Positions 48,591 through 59,185 of a stretch of DNA of 64,000 nucleotides are shown in pieces. Made by a program: the position numbers and the translations under genes. This DNA is from Candidatus Latescibacterota bacterium (GTDB lineage: Bacteria; Latescibacterota; UBA2968). The DNA lies in the NCBI GenBank assembly GCA_965222605.1, contig OZ244960.1, positions 1,120,001 through 1,184,000 of the forward strand, written 5' to 3'. Below the pieces are notes generated by a model. The model did no database searches and had not been told where the DNA came from. It saw only the letters and a list, made by a program, of their open reading frames with translations. How positions within the stretch are numbered: position 1 is the first letter of the stretch; every line of letters begins with the position of its first letter.

Positions 48591-49820
48591 ATGGTTACAT
48601 TTTCCATTGTTGACGCCGATAGCCAGGCCAAAATCCGAGTCGTAGGCGTCGGGGGGTCAGGCGGTAATGCGATCAATCGCATGGTTGAGTCGGGGTTGCA
48701 GGGCGTTGAGTTTATTGCCATCAACACCGACGAACAAGATCTCGAACTTTCACAGGTACCACATTGTATTCAAATTGGGCGCAATGTGACAAAAGGGTTA
48801 GGCGCGGGTGCCAATCCCGAAATTGGCGCAGAAGCAATTGAAGAAAACCGAGACGAGGTGGCCGAGGCATTGGCCGGATCCGATATGGTTTTTGTGACCG
48901 CTGGCATGGGGGGTGGCACGGGCACGGGTGCAGCACCCATCGTCGCCGAAATTGCTCGCGATGCAGGCGCGCTCACTGTGGGCATTGTGAGTCTGCCTTT
49001 TAGAATGGAGGGCATGCCGCGCATGCGCAATGCTCAAGCGGGTATTGATTCCTTGAAAAGATCTGCGGATACTGTGATTATTATCCCCAATCAGCGGCTT
49101 TTAGAAATCAGTTCAGAAGATACAACACTGACAGAGGCGTTTCTCATCGCCGATGATATTTTGTTGCAGGCCACGCGGGGTATTTCCGATTTGATCACCA
49201 TACCCGGCGAGGTGAATCTCGACTTTAATGACGTGCGTACGGTAATGCAAGCCGGTGGCGATGCGCTAATGGGTACAGCCGAGGCTTCGGGCGAAAATCG
49301 GGCGATTACAGCAGCCGAAAAAGCATTGAACAGCCCATTGCTCGACAATGTATCTGTTGCAGGTGCTCAGGGGGTGCTGGTGAATATTTCGGCCAGCAGC
49401 GAACTGAAGCTGTTTGAAATGGATAAAGCTGTGAATCTCATAACCGATGCCGTGGGCCACGAAGCCAATATTATATGGGGCACAGTACTCGATGATAACC
49501 TCGGGGACGAATTGCGCGTCACAGTTATTGCCACAGGCTTTAATACCGGTTCACCACCGAAGCCCAATGCGAACATTTCTTACTCGAAATTCACACCCGA
49601 ACCTCCTGTTAGCACAGATATCCCCGCCTTTATACGCAAAATTGAATCTGAGGATACCAAGCCTACAGCTACAGAGGAAGAAGTTGAGGAAAAATTTGAG
49701 AAAAAATTTGAGAAAAAATTTGAGAAAAAATTTGAGAAAAAATCCGAAATCGACGCTATATCTCTAAACGATCTGCAATACCCCACATTTCTTCGCAGAC
49801 AAAGACAACAAGAAGGGTGA
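48591..49820 (+). CDS. ftsZ: Cell division protein FtsZ
   Basis: GVGGSGGNA, GMGGGTGTG, NLDFNDV, C-terminal PTFLRR. Confidence 0.98.
   Translation: MVTFSIVDADSQAKIRVVGVGGSGGNAINRMVESGLQGVEFIAINTDEQDLELSQVPHCIQIGRNVTKGLGAGANPEIGAEAIEENRDEVAEALAGSDMVFVTAGMGGGTGTGAAPIVAEIARDAGALTVGIVSLPFRMEGMPRMRNAQAGIDSLKRSADTVIIIPNQRLLEISSEDTTLTEAFLIADDILLQATRGISDLITIPGEVNLDFNDVRTVMQAGGDALMGTAEASGENRAITAAEKALNSPLLDNVSVAGAQGVLVNISASSELKLFEMDKAVNLITDAVGHEANIIWGTVLDDNLGDELRVTVIATGFNTGSPPKPNANISYSKFTPEPPVSTDIPAFIRKIESEDTKPTATEEEVEEKFEKKFEKKFEKKFEKKSEIDAISLNDLQYPTFLRRQRQQEG
49686..49742 (+). repeat. 12-bp tandem repeat in the ftsZ linker, (GAGAAAAAATTT)n encoding EKKF
   Basis: About 4.5 near-perfect copies. Confidence 0.9.
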
Positions 49821-49858
49821 AAGGTAAGACGCAAGACGCAAGCTCCCCCTTGCGTCTT

Positions 49859-50743
49859 ATGCCCCCCCAAAAACAGGCATATATCTACGCAATTTCTGCC
49901 GTCTTTCTGTGGTCAACGGCAGCCACGGCATTTAAGCTGTCGCTGCGCGTTTTAGATCCCATTCAACTTTTGTTCTACGCTGTACTTGCGTCGTCCATTG
50001 TTCTGGGCCTGATTCTAATGGCTCAGGGCAAATGGTCGGCGATTTTTTTATGTACGAGACGACAGTATTTGCAATCTCTCGGATTGGGATTGCTCAATCC
50101 GTGTGCCTACTATCTGGTATTGTTGCGCGCTTATGACCTGCTACCCGCGCAGGAAGCGCAACCTCTGAATTACACCTGGGCAATAGCACTGGCACTATTG
50201 TCCATTCCCCTTTTGAAACAGAAATTGACCCTGTGGGATGTGATCGGCGGGATGGTGAGTTATGCAGGAGTGTTTGTAATTTCTACTCGGGGAGATGTAA
50301 TGGGATTTCGATTTTCCAATCCCCTGGGAGTGGGGCTGGCTCTTTTCAGCAGCTTTTTGTGGGCGCTGTACTGGATTTTCAACAAACGGGATACGCGAGA
50401 TCCGGTTGTGGGAATGTTTTTGAATTTTGTTTTTTCATTGCCTTTTGTGCTAACAATCTGTATCGCATTTTCAGATATTCGGATCAATATACAGGGGTTA
50501 GGTGGCGCTATTTACGTCGGATTATTTGAAATGGGCATCACATTTGTCCTGTGGTTGTCGGCGATGAAGCTCACTGATCATATCGCGCGAATCGGGAATT
50601 TGATTTTTTTATCCCCATTCTTATCTCTCGTCTTTATCCACTTTTTGGTGGGAGAAGATATACTTCCTTCCACTTATGTCGGGTTGATATTAATCATCGC
50701 GGGCTTGATTGTGCAGCAAAGAAAGTCCCAGAGTGTTGCCTGA
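49859..50743 (+). CDS. DMT/EamA-family transporter
   Basis: About 10 TM segments in two repeats; LWSTAATAFK. Confidence 0.88.
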   Translation: MPPQKQAYIYAISAVFLWSTAATAFKLSLRVLDPIQLLFYAVLASSIVLGLILMAQGKWSAIFLCTRRQYLQSLGLGLLNPCAYYLVLLRAYDLLPAQEAQPLNYTWAIALALLSIPLLKQKLTLWDVIGGMVSYAGVFVISTRGDVMGFRFSNPLGVGLALFSSFLWALYWIFNKRDTRDPVVGMFLNFVFSLPFVLTICIAFSDIRINIQGLGGAIYVGLFEMGITFVLWLSAMKLTDHIARIGNLIFLSPFLSLVFIHFLVGEDILPSTYVGLILIIAGLIVQQRKSQSVA

Positions 50744-50812
50744 ACCGCTTTACACTGTACACATCTGGCATTAATTTAATCCGATTCCACAAATGTTAAT
50801 CAAGGAGGGTTT

Positions 50813-52354
50813 ATGTCTGAACGTCCAAATATCCTGATTTTGCACAGTGACGAACACAGTTTTCGCTTTTTGTCGGCTCGTAGCCACGAGCGGGGTGGTG
50901 AACCCTGTCACACGCCCACATTGGATGGTTTGATCGCACAAGGCGTCAATTTTGACGCAGCCTATTGTCAGATGCCTCTGTGTACACCAAGTCGTATTTC
51001 GATGCTTACAGGGCGGCACGCTCATCGGTGTGGCGCGTGGACCAATGGGTCGATTTTAGACCCCGATTTGCCCACTTATGGCAGTCATTTTCAGGCCAAT
51101 GGGTATGAAACAGCGGTCGTAGGCAAAACGCACTTGGGCGGGTCTTTACAACACGCCGGATTTGGCGCGCGGCCCTACGGCGATTTTGGTGGTCCGTGTT
51201 CTCATCAGCCCGATCCATTGGACAAAACAGAAGATGGTTTGCGAACGCGTACAGTTGATGCGGGAATCAGCGAGGTACCCGAATCCCTCTTGCAAGAAAA
51301 TATGATTGCGCGCGAGTCACTTGCGTGGCTGCGCGAGCATCGCCATGCCAATCCCGACAAGCCCTGGCTGGTCTATACGTCATTTAGTCGCCCGCATTTC
51401 CCGTTGACTGCGCCGAAGCGATTTTTCGACTGCTATTATCCCGAAGGAGTGACACCACCCTGGGTGCGCCGCACGGGCGACAGTGCCGACCATCGAATGA
51501 CCGTGGGCGCGATCAAGGGATTTCGCACCGAAGAGATTGCCGAAGACGAAATGATAAAAGCGCGCGCCGCGTATTTTGCAGCGGTCGATTTTCTGGATGA
51601 AATTTTGGGCGATTTTCTAACTTTGCTCGACCGCGATGGATTTTTGGACAATACGGTCATTGTATATACATCCGATCACGGAGAACTGGTGGGCGAACAC
51701 GGGATATGGTGGAAAAATACATGGCACGAAGCCGCCGCCCACGTGCCTTTTATCTTTTCGCTTCCCGAACATCGCAACGGTAGCCTGAACGCGCGAGAAA
51801 TACGCACACCCGTAAGCCTCGCCGATCTCTTTCCTACACTTTGTGGATTGGTAGGTCTAAATTGTCCAGATGAGCTGGATGGTGTGAATTTGACGGATGT
51901 ATTAAAAGGAGAAACGACTTCCGCGCTCGATAACCGCGCAGGCGTGATTACCGAATCGCTAAATCCGCGCTGGGGCAAGGGCACGGAGTTTCGGATGATT
52001 CGCTCCAGGCAGTACAAATATATCGCGTTTCGAGATTGTGAAGATCTCGCCTTCGATATGGAAACCGATCCCGACGAGCAACGCAATTTGCTAAAACATG
52101 ATCCCGACAATGCCGACTTAAAAGCGTTGCGGGAAGCGGTACTGAATGGATTTGACTTTGACGGAGTAGAAGCCCTGCGCGAAAAACAAACCGCTGAATT
52201 GCGTGCCAAATATCCAGCGCGGGTTAAAATGCGTACTCCCAATCAGATTCTGCGGGGCGACGGCAAATTGGTCGAGGTCGATGCACCTCTGTACGCGCCC
52301 AAAGTGATCAGCGATAATCCCGCACGAGACTTTGACGATTATCCCGCTCGGTAG
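50813..52354 (+). CDS. Sulfatase (choline-sulfatase-like)
   Basis: PNIL..SDEH, CTPSR formylglycine motif, GKTH, SDHGE. Confidence 0.92.
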   Translation: MSERPNILILHSDEHSFRFLSARSHERGGEPCHTPTLDGLIAQGVNFDAAYCQMPLCTPSRISMLTGRHAHRCGAWTNGSILDPDLPTYGSHFQANGYETAVVGKTHLGGSLQHAGFGARPYGDFGGPCSHQPDPLDKTEDGLRTRTVDAGISEVPESLLQENMIARESLAWLREHRHANPDKPWLVYTSFSRPHFPLTAPKRFFDCYYPEGVTPPWVRRTGDSADHRMTVGAIKGFRTEEIAEDEMIKARAAYFAAVDFLDEILGDFLTLLDRDGFLDNTVIVYTSDHGELVGEHGIWWKNTWHEAAAHVPFIFSLPEHRNGSLNAREIRTPVSLADLFPTLCGLVGLNCPDELDGVNLTDVLKGETTSALDNRAGVITESLNPRWGKGTEFRMIRSRQYKYIAFRDCEDLAFDMETDPDEQRNLLKHDPDNADLKALREAVLNGFDFDGVEALREKQTAELRAKYPARVKMRTPNQILRGDGKLVEVDAPLYAPKVISDNPARDFDDYPAR

Positions 52355-52388
52355 AATAGTTAAGCGTTCAACTTTTTTGGAGGTTGCA

Positions 52389-52793
52389 ATGACAACTCTT
52401 TCCCGCGTTTGTGAAACACCACCAGCTTCGCCTGATGAGATACGCGAATACTTCTCTTATAAGTTGCGATGTGAGACCGATCCGTTCGATGTAAATGCGG
52501 ATATGGAGAATGGAATCGATGGTTTTGAGTTTATTGATGTCCGCGATAAAGAAGCATATCTCAACGGTCACGCTGCTGGCGCCATTCACATTGATCACAA
52601 TGATATGACCGAAACGCGAATGGCTGAGTTTCCCAAAGACCGATTGCTCGTGGTGTACTGCTGGGGACCGGGGTGTAACGGAGCGACAAAAGCCGCTGTG
52701 AAATTGAGTGCCCTGGGATTTTCCGTGAAGGAAATGATCGGCGGGATTACCTATTGGAAAGAGGAGGGATATCCAGTAGTATCAGGTGGTTAG
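52389..52793 (+). CDS. Rhodanese-like protein
   Basis: DVR...GH..GA, VVYCWGPGCNGA, EMIGG..W. Confidence 0.9.
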   Translation: MTTLSRVCETPPASPDEIREYFSYKLRCETDPFDVNADMENGIDGFEFIDVRDKEAYLNGHAAGAIHIDHNDMTETRMAEFPKDRLLVVYCWGPGCNGATKAAVKLSALGFSVKEMIGGITYWKEEGYPVVSGG

Positions 52794-52807
52794 GACACAG
52801 CCATAAA

Positions 52808-52843
52808 ATAATAGCCCACTAAAAAGATCGGTGGGCTATTATT
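52808..52843. terminator. Bidirectional terminator
   Basis: ATAATAGCCCAC...GTGGGCTATTAT. Confidence 0.75.
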
Positions 52844-52920
52844 TATATAGTTTTTAAAATCAACTGGTTATTCTGTTAGAAAACTCTCTACTCTTATTTG
52901 AATGCTTGCATTAAACGTTT

Positions 52921-53571
52921 TCATTTTTTGTTAAAAGGCCAAGGCAAAAATCGGTGCATATAACCTATTTGAAAGAGTACTTCTGGGCTTCGATACGAGC
53001 CTTTTCCTATTGTCAGACCCGTTTCAAGGAAAAATTTACCCCAGTACAGGTTATAAGCCAACCCTATGTATTTCCATTCAGAGCGAGATTTCACATTCCC
53101 CACGAACTGGATATCTTCAGAGCTTTCCCATGAAAATATGCCTCCAATTATGCCTAAACTATGGCTCCTTTTGGGGTTTTCCGATAGGAGATATCCACTA
53201 TTAAACTGAACACCTCGAGCCCAGTTGCCATAGAACATGCCTGACAAGCGAAAATTAACGGGACCATTCCACCGACCAATGGCGAGGTTAATTATCGCAG
53301 GTGCGCCAATAGTTACGCCTATTTCTCGATATGATAAATCTTTGAGAGAAATACTATTTATACGCTCGATTTTGTCGTAAGTAAAAACGCGTTCACTGTA
53401 CCCATCCATCAGGCGTATTACGACTTTTTGATCGGGTATATTTTCGATAATTGTGCCGAGAACTCGTGATCCATCTTTCAGATAGATGATGTCAACGGCC
53501 TGGGCAGAATTATTCGAACTGACTATAACCGAAAAAATAAGAGCCATCGCGAGGATATTCACTATTCTCAT
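52921..53571 (-). CDS. Hypothetical exported protein (possible beta-barrel C-terminus)
   Basis: Signal peptide ending AQA; DIIYLKDGS..G.I N-domain; amphipathic beta strands. Confidence 0.65.
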   Translation of the reverse strand: MRIVNILAMALIFSVIVSSNNSAQAVDIIYLKDGSRVLGTIIENIPDQKVVIRLMDGYSERVFTYDKIERINSISLKDLSYREIGVTIGAPAIINLAIGRWNGPVNFRLSGMFYGNWARGVQFNSGYLLSENPKRSHSLGIIGGIFSWESSEDIQFVGNVKSRSEWKYIGLAYNLYWGKFFLETGLTIGKGSYRSPEVLFQIGYMHRFLPWPFNKK

Positions 53572-53572
53572 T

Positions 53573-54280
53573 TCATCTCTCCTTTGAGCCTTGATCTGCT
53601 CGTGCAAGCAAGTGCTCGAAGATGCGATCAAAGACTGTATGGGGCATTTTTTCGGGATGAAATTGCACGCCGATAATGCGGCCATCTGGCGTTTCAATGC
53701 CTTCTATGACACGATCTTCACTACGAGCACTTATATTGAGTTCTCCGCCAACCGTCTCGAGTCCTTGCAGATGAAAGCTATTGGTCGTGCATTCGGTCTT
53801 GTCCAAAATAGACGAGAGATGGGAATTGGGGGCAAGCGAGACCACATGGGAAACGGGATCTTCTGTGCGCTTGGGTGAATGAAGATCGACATCGCATTGT
53901 ATTTGAATATCGGCATAGATCGTGCCGCCAAATCGAGCGTTGATAAATTGCATGCCATAGCAGATGCCCAAAACGGGCATCTGTTTTTTTTGCGCGTATT
54001 CAAAAGCGCGAATATCATTTTCATAGCGCGTGGGCACAACCGCGGGCAGGTCTTTTGGCAACTTGCCAACCAAACCTTGCGTAATACCGGGACCGCCTGT
54101 GATAATCAGGCCGTTGAGTAGCGCGAACAGCGGCGCGAGGGTTTCTTGTTGCTCTGTCATAGGCAGAATAAGAGGACAGCCACCCGCGCGTTCCACGGCA
54201 ATCACATATTCGTAATTTAGTGATTGCTGTTTACTTTTTGAAAGAAAGCTGGTCGTAATACCGATTATTGGACGTGACAT
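53573..54280 (-). CDS. Peptidase C26 / gamma-glutamyl-GABA hydrolase family
   Basis: PIIGIT, GICYGMQ, NSFH, VQFHPE triad. Confidence 0.9.
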   Translation of the reverse strand: MSRPIIGITTSFLSKSKQQSLNYEYVIAVERAGGCPLILPMTEQQETLAPLFALLNGLIITGGPGITQGLVGKLPKDLPAVVPTRYENDIRAFEYAQKKQMPVLGICYGMQFINARFGGTIYADIQIQCDVDLHSPKRTEDPVSHVVSLAPNSHLSSILDKTECTTNSFHLQGLETVGGELNISARSEDRVIEGIETPDGRIIGVQFHPEKMPHTVFDRIFEHLLARADQGSKER

Positions 54281-54465
54281 TTTTAAAAATTGAATTAAAA
54301 AAGAGTGTGAAAGTGGCAATGCGTTTTTCTACCTTGACGGATGCACAAACATGTAGCATTATTGAATTGAGAACAAGGTCAAAATGTAGCGGATGAACTG
54401 CTGACCTCGGCGAGCTCAATCGAGCTGCCGCAGTTGTATAACCGCTTGGAGCAAGGACAAACAAT

Positions 54466-55788
54466 ATGCCATATTTGATGCAGACTAATAAAGGCGAGGA
54501 ACTCAATAGGCTTTATCCTGAAGATCGCTCTATAAACGACTGGTATCGTTTTGTTTTGTCATATCCGCCACATCTCGTCAAGGATTATATTGCGCGTTTT
54601 GAACTTAATGAAAAAAGTTCTGTTTTAGACCCCTTTTGTGGCACGGGTACAACTTTAGTAGCCTGTAAGAAACAGGGGATAAAGAGTATTGGCATTGAGG
54701 CAAATCCCGTTGTCAAATTCGCCGCAAGTGTTAAAACTGATTGGAATATAGACCCCGATGTTCTCATTGAACATGCAGAACTTGTTGCATCAGAAACAAT
54801 AGAGCTACTTTTGTCGGAAGGCGTTGATGACGATCCCCTCTTTCAACCCCTGGATAAAGAAGATCCCATAGAACTACGGACACTCAGCCCTGAGCAGGAA
54901 AAGTTAATTATTACAAACTCAATCAGCCCCAAACCGTTACATAAGGCTTTGGCTCTTATAGAAAAAATCCACGCATTAAAGCACAACAGATGTTATGATT
55001 ATGAACGTTTAGCACTCGCCAAACAGTTGGTTTATACGGCGAGTAATTTGCGTTTTGGACCAGAAGTTGGCGTAGGCAAGGCAAAGCCCGACTCGCCTGT
55101 GGTTGGGCCCTGGTTAGCTGGCGTTAGAAGTATGTGTGAGGATTTAATCAAAGTCAGACAAAATGCCTATATTCCCTCGGTCGTTCATTTTGGCGATGCC
55201 CGCAATATGAGACAGCTTTTAGAACCTCAATCTATTGATGCTGTGATCACGTCGCCTCCATATCCCAATGAAAAGGATTATACTCGAACAACGCGCCTGG
55301 AGTCTGTATTATTGGGGTTTATGACAGATCGACACGACCTGAGAACCCATAAAAATAACTTAATAAGATCCAATACGCGAGGTGTTTACAAAATAGATAC
55401 TGATAAAGACTGGGTAGCAAAATTCGATAGCATACAGAAATTGGCAGAAACAATAGAAAATCGTCGGATCGAATTGAACAAAACATCGGGATTCGAAAAA
55501 TTATATGCTCACGTTGTTCGACATTATTTTGGAGGCATGACTCGGCATCTAGAGAATATGAAACCAATTTTGAAACCAGGTGCTTGTCTTGCCTATGTGG
55601 TTGGCGATCAGGCTTCTTATTTTCGTATTCTAATCAAAACGGGAAACTTATTGGCAGAGATTGCAGAGCGATTAGGTTATAAAGTCATAGATATCGATTT
55701 ATTTCGAAAAAGGTTCTCGACTGCCACTCAGCAATATATCAGGGAAGAGGTTGTTCTGCTGCGTTGGGAAGGCCAATCTAAAGGTTAA
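54466..55788 (+). CDS. DNA methyltransferase, probable N4-cytosine (alpha class)
   Basis: Motif I DPFCGTGTT precedes motif IV TSPPY. Confidence 0.88.
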   Translation: MPYLMQTNKGEELNRLYPEDRSINDWYRFVLSYPPHLVKDYIARFELNEKSSVLDPFCGTGTTLVACKKQGIKSIGIEANPVVKFAASVKTDWNIDPDVLIEHAELVASETIELLLSEGVDDDPLFQPLDKEDPIELRTLSPEQEKLIITNSISPKPLHKALALIEKIHALKHNRCYDYERLALAKQLVYTASNLRFGPEVGVGKAKPDSPVVGPWLAGVRSMCEDLIKVRQNAYIPSVVHFGDARNMRQLLEPQSIDAVITSPPYPNEKDYTRTTRLESVLLGFMTDRHDLRTHKNNLIRSNTRGVYKIDTDKDWVAKFDSIQKLAETIENRRIELNKTSGFEKLYAHVVRHYFGGMTRHLENMKPILKPGACLAYVVGDQASYFRILIKTGNLLAEIAERLGYKVIDIDLFRKRFSTATQQYIREEVVLLRWEGQSKG

Positions 55789-55792
55789 AAAT

Positions 55793-56599
55793 ATGCTACC
55801 AAATAACGATCCACGCTATTCACAGATTATCGCAAAAATCTTCGAAACAAAATTTCGAGAAGGTAGAAGAGCAATCCGTTTTGAAAGAACCGAGATTGTC
55901 AGTGCTGCGAGAGAGTTGGAAATTGAATTGCCAAAAAATCTGGGAGATGTCATTTATTCATTCAAATTTCGCAACCAACTTCCCGATTCTATAAGAGAAA
56001 CAGCACCGGACGATAAAGAATGGGTAATTGTAAATCGGGGAAGATCTCAATACGCATTTGAATTAAAAGAAACATCGAGAATTTTGCCCGATACAATGCT
56101 GACAATCACCAAAATTCCAGACGCGACCCCTGGCATTGTTGTCAAATATTCTTTCGATGACGAACAAGCATTATTAACCAAACTTCGCTACAATCGAATG
56201 CTCGACATTTTTACAGGTGTCGCCTGCTATTCTTTACAGAATCATTTACGCACAACTGTTCCTGGAGTCGGACAAATTGAAACTGATGAAATCTACGTTG
56301 GAATAGATAAAAAAGGGGTTCACTATGTCTTTCCCGTTCAGGCAAAAAGTGGTAAAGACACGCTTGGTGTTGTCCAGATTGAACAAGATATAGCATTGTG
56401 TAACCACCGATTTCCCACTTTGATTTGCAGAGCAATTGCTGCTCAGTTTCTACAAGAAAATGTAATAGCTCTATTTGAATTAGAGTTAATAGATGGCGAA
56501 GTAAGAAAAGCCTCAGAAAGGCACTATCAGTTGGTTCCTCAAGAATATCTTACGGATGAAGAATTGATGAGTTATCGTCTGAGACTTGATAATCCATAG
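55793..56599 (+). CDS. Putative type II restriction endonuclease
   Basis: 4 bp downstream of the MTase; ETDEIY...PVQAK PD-(D/E/Q)xK-like motif. Confidence 0.7.
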   Translation: MLPNNDPRYSQIIAKIFETKFREGRRAIRFERTEIVSAARELEIELPKNLGDVIYSFKFRNQLPDSIRETAPDDKEWVIVNRGRSQYAFELKETSRILPDTMLTITKIPDATPGIVVKYSFDDEQALLTKLRYNRMLDIFTGVACYSLQNHLRTTVPGVGQIETDEIYVGIDKKGVHYVFPVQAKSGKDTLGVVQIEQDIALCNHRFPTLICRAIAAQFLQENVIALFELELIDGEVRKASERHYQLVPQEYLTDEELMSYRLRLDNP

Positions 56600-56773
56600 T
56601 GCATCGCAGCGTAAGTCATACCCCATATGGAGTAAATTTTCTGTTACTCTGATGCAAAGTATGTGCTAGTGAAAAATGGATTGCGGCTCAAAAACATGCC
56701 GCAATGACAAGCGTAAGATCGCCTTTTTTCAAGATGCAATAGTTATTAAGTCTCTGAACAACAGGAGGCGGAA

Positions 56774-57514
56774 ATGAACGCGGGAGATCGAGCGGCTGTT
56801 GAAGCCGCATGGAAGAACGGCGTAGGCGTCTTACACAACTTGCTTTTGCAAGATGAGCTGGATGCAATCCGCCGGGAATTAGAACAGGCGTACCTGGACT
56901 TGGATATGGGACCGGGTGAACCCGGCAGCCGGGATAGTCTGCGAAATGAACCGCTGTTAAATTATCCAGCCCTGGGCTGCTTATTTTCCCATCCTCGCAT
57001 TTTGGGGATCGTCTCGGCGATCCTGGATGAGCCGCAGCCTTTTCTCTTCCAAATGAAAACCAACCGGTACACGCCAGAATACAAAGGCGTGGGGCGGCAC
57101 TCAGACGGCAGCCAGACGGATCTCGCCACGCCCTTTCAGTGGCTGGCGACAATGATTTATCTGGACGATATCGACGTCAACTCCGGGGCATTGACCTACG
57201 TGCCGGGCACGCATTTGTACCATTTTGCATCTGCGTGCGACCCGAGCCGGATACTGCCTACAAAAGAAGATATTCAGGCGGGTGACTACATTCCAATCGA
57301 ACTGAAAGCGGGAAGCGTCGTCTTTCGCGTACCAGAGGTCTGGCACGGCGTAGTGCCCATCCATCGGCTGCGGCGATATATCACAGGGCTTTACACATCT
57401 CGGACAAAGGGAAATGCGCCGATCAAAGAGCGTATTCAGGAGGTTCGGAAAAGCCGAGAAAAAATCCCAGAGACATCCATTCCCGAGCACGTCAGAGAAT
57501 ACTGGCAGTATTGA
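56774..57514 (+). CDS. PhyH-family Fe(II)/2-oxoglutarate dioxygenase
   Basis: HSD, IYLDD, VPGTH, AGSVV...WHG. Confidence 0.85.
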   Translation: MNAGDRAAVEAAWKNGVGVLHNLLLQDELDAIRRELEQAYLDLDMGPGEPGSRDSLRNEPLLNYPALGCLFSHPRILGIVSAILDEPQPFLFQMKTNRYTPEYKGVGRHSDGSQTDLATPFQWLATMIYLDDIDVNSGALTYVPGTHLYHFASACDPSRILPTKEDIQAGDYIPIELKAGSVVFRVPEVWHGVVPIHRLRRYITGLYTSRTKGNAPIKERIQEVRKSREKIPETSIPEHVREYWQY

Positions 57515-57528
57515 GCGGCGGATGCGGA

Positions 57529-59121
57529 TCAACCCAAAAAGCGGTCCAGCACATTCTTTGTAATCGCCGAAATCGACTCATCCACCGGTAGAGAACTTGG
57601 ATAATTGATCGACCCCACCGAAAACACCTCTCCCCCGCTCTCGGTGCGGTGATATACGATCTCCGCGCCTCCCTCATCGGGGTTTAAGCCTTTGGCCAGC
57701 AGATGTGCGTTTTTCGGCGAACTCTCTGTCATCTTATCTGTCTCGTGTCCAGATGCACCGCCCGGACACCGCATATGCAGACACTTCTCTCCAAAAATAT
57801 CTCCCGTCTTTAGGCCTGTCCCCTCAAAGATATCGTGCGCTCCATCCACCACCCGATAAGGCGCTCCGGTCATAATACCCGTCTCCGAACAGGTTACACC
57901 CAGCAGTTTCGCCTCTGACTCGTGAAACAGATGGAATCGACTCTCCAATCCCAACTTCTGTAGATGGCTGAACCCCCCGCCTTTATCTCCATTTCGCACC
58001 ACCATCGTATATTCATCCGTAAACACCACCTCGCAATTCAGACCATTTCCACCCAGATACATCAGCTTGCCGCCCCGCTCAAACACCCAGGTCTTCAGCT
58101 TGTAGTACATATCCGCAGACCAATACTCCGGATGCGTGCTGATGATCAATACCCGGTAATCATCCAAATTTAATACCCCGGAATGGAACTGCGTCTCCGC
58201 ATAAAAATCGTATCCATATCCCTCCCGCTCCAGCCACCCCAGCAACCGCCACTCCGCCGGGGCCACATGGCAGTTGGACCGCCCCTCAATCGGATCGGTA
58301 ATCTGCTCTTCCTCTGCAATAAAATTGATTGACTCAGGGCGGTCAAACGACAGCGGTGCATATTCCTTTGAAGTAAAAAGCAAATGCCTGGGGTCCGTAT
58401 ATCGCTTGAGATCCAATCGCGCATTCACGGTGGGCTTGGACGGTAATTTCTCCGCGTGGATATAATTGCTGCGCCCCCCAAAATTATTATACGCATTCCA
58501 GTTTATATTCGACGCCAGCACTGCAACGTCGGCACTCGGCTTTGCCGGTGCGACAATCCACGGAAACGAAAAAAACACACCTGACTCCGTTTTGGCGTGC
58601 AGATAATACAATCCCGACCGTTCGGGTGCTGTTACATATTGCTTGTGTGTCGGGCTGGTATAACCCTGTGCATTCCATTGAATGCCGGTCTGCGTATAAT
58701 CCCCATCCGGCGTAATTTGCATCGTCGCCCGGGGGCCGTGTTCATCGTACCATCCAATTGGACGCACCAACTCTTTATGCCACCCATACCGCCACAGCGA
58801 CAGCTTGTACGCCTCCACCGCGTGTACCCTGAACTCTGACGGCTGTCCGGACTGTACCCACTTTGGCCACATATATCCCAGCAGTCCATCAGTCAACAGC
58901 CGGAACTGATAGGGGGCCTTAGTCGGTATCTTAAGCGGTACTGTTTTGAAGCCATAACCCGGCTTGTAAAATGTCACTCTATACTTGCCGGAAGGCAAAT
59001 CCGCATAAACCGCTCCAGTCGCCCGCGAACGCGCCTCAAATGACCCCGCCTCGCCTTCAAACTCCAGCAGCACCTCCGGCACTGCCACATATCGCTCATC
59101 GCTCACATATCCAATCAGCAT
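57529..59121 (-). CDS. N,N-dimethylformamidase beta-subunit-like protein
   Basis: SGLY, WNAYNNFGG.S.Y, SFDRP, HPEYWS, LGGN, GHETD, VFSVGS. Confidence 0.75.
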   Translation of the reverse strand: MLIGYVSDERYVAVPEVLLEFEGEAGSFEARSRATGAVYADLPSGKYRVTFYKPGYGFKTVPLKIPTKAPYQFRLLTDGLLGYMWPKWVQSGQPSEFRVHAVEAYKLSLWRYGWHKELVRPIGWYDEHGPRATMQITPDGDYTQTGIQWNAQGYTSPTHKQYVTAPERSGLYYLHAKTESGVFFSFPWIVAPAKPSADVAVLASNINWNAYNNFGGRSNYIHAEKLPSKPTVNARLDLKRYTDPRHLLFTSKEYAPLSFDRPESINFIAEEEQITDPIEGRSNCHVAPAEWRLLGWLEREGYGYDFYAETQFHSGVLNLDDYRVLIISTHPEYWSADMYYKLKTWVFERGGKLMYLGGNGLNCEVVFTDEYTMVVRNGDKGGGFSHLQKLGLESRFHLFHESEAKLLGVTCSETGIMTGAPYRVVDGAHDIFEGTGLKTGDIFGEKCLHMRCPGGASGHETDKMTESSPKNAHLLAKGLNPDEGGAEIVYHRTESGGEVFSVGSINYPSSLPVDESISAITKNVLDRFLG

Positions 59122-59185
59122 ATTGTTCCCTTCTGTTCAGCGATCTATCCGGCGTGTGACCCGCTGAACAAAGTGTATTCGCCCA

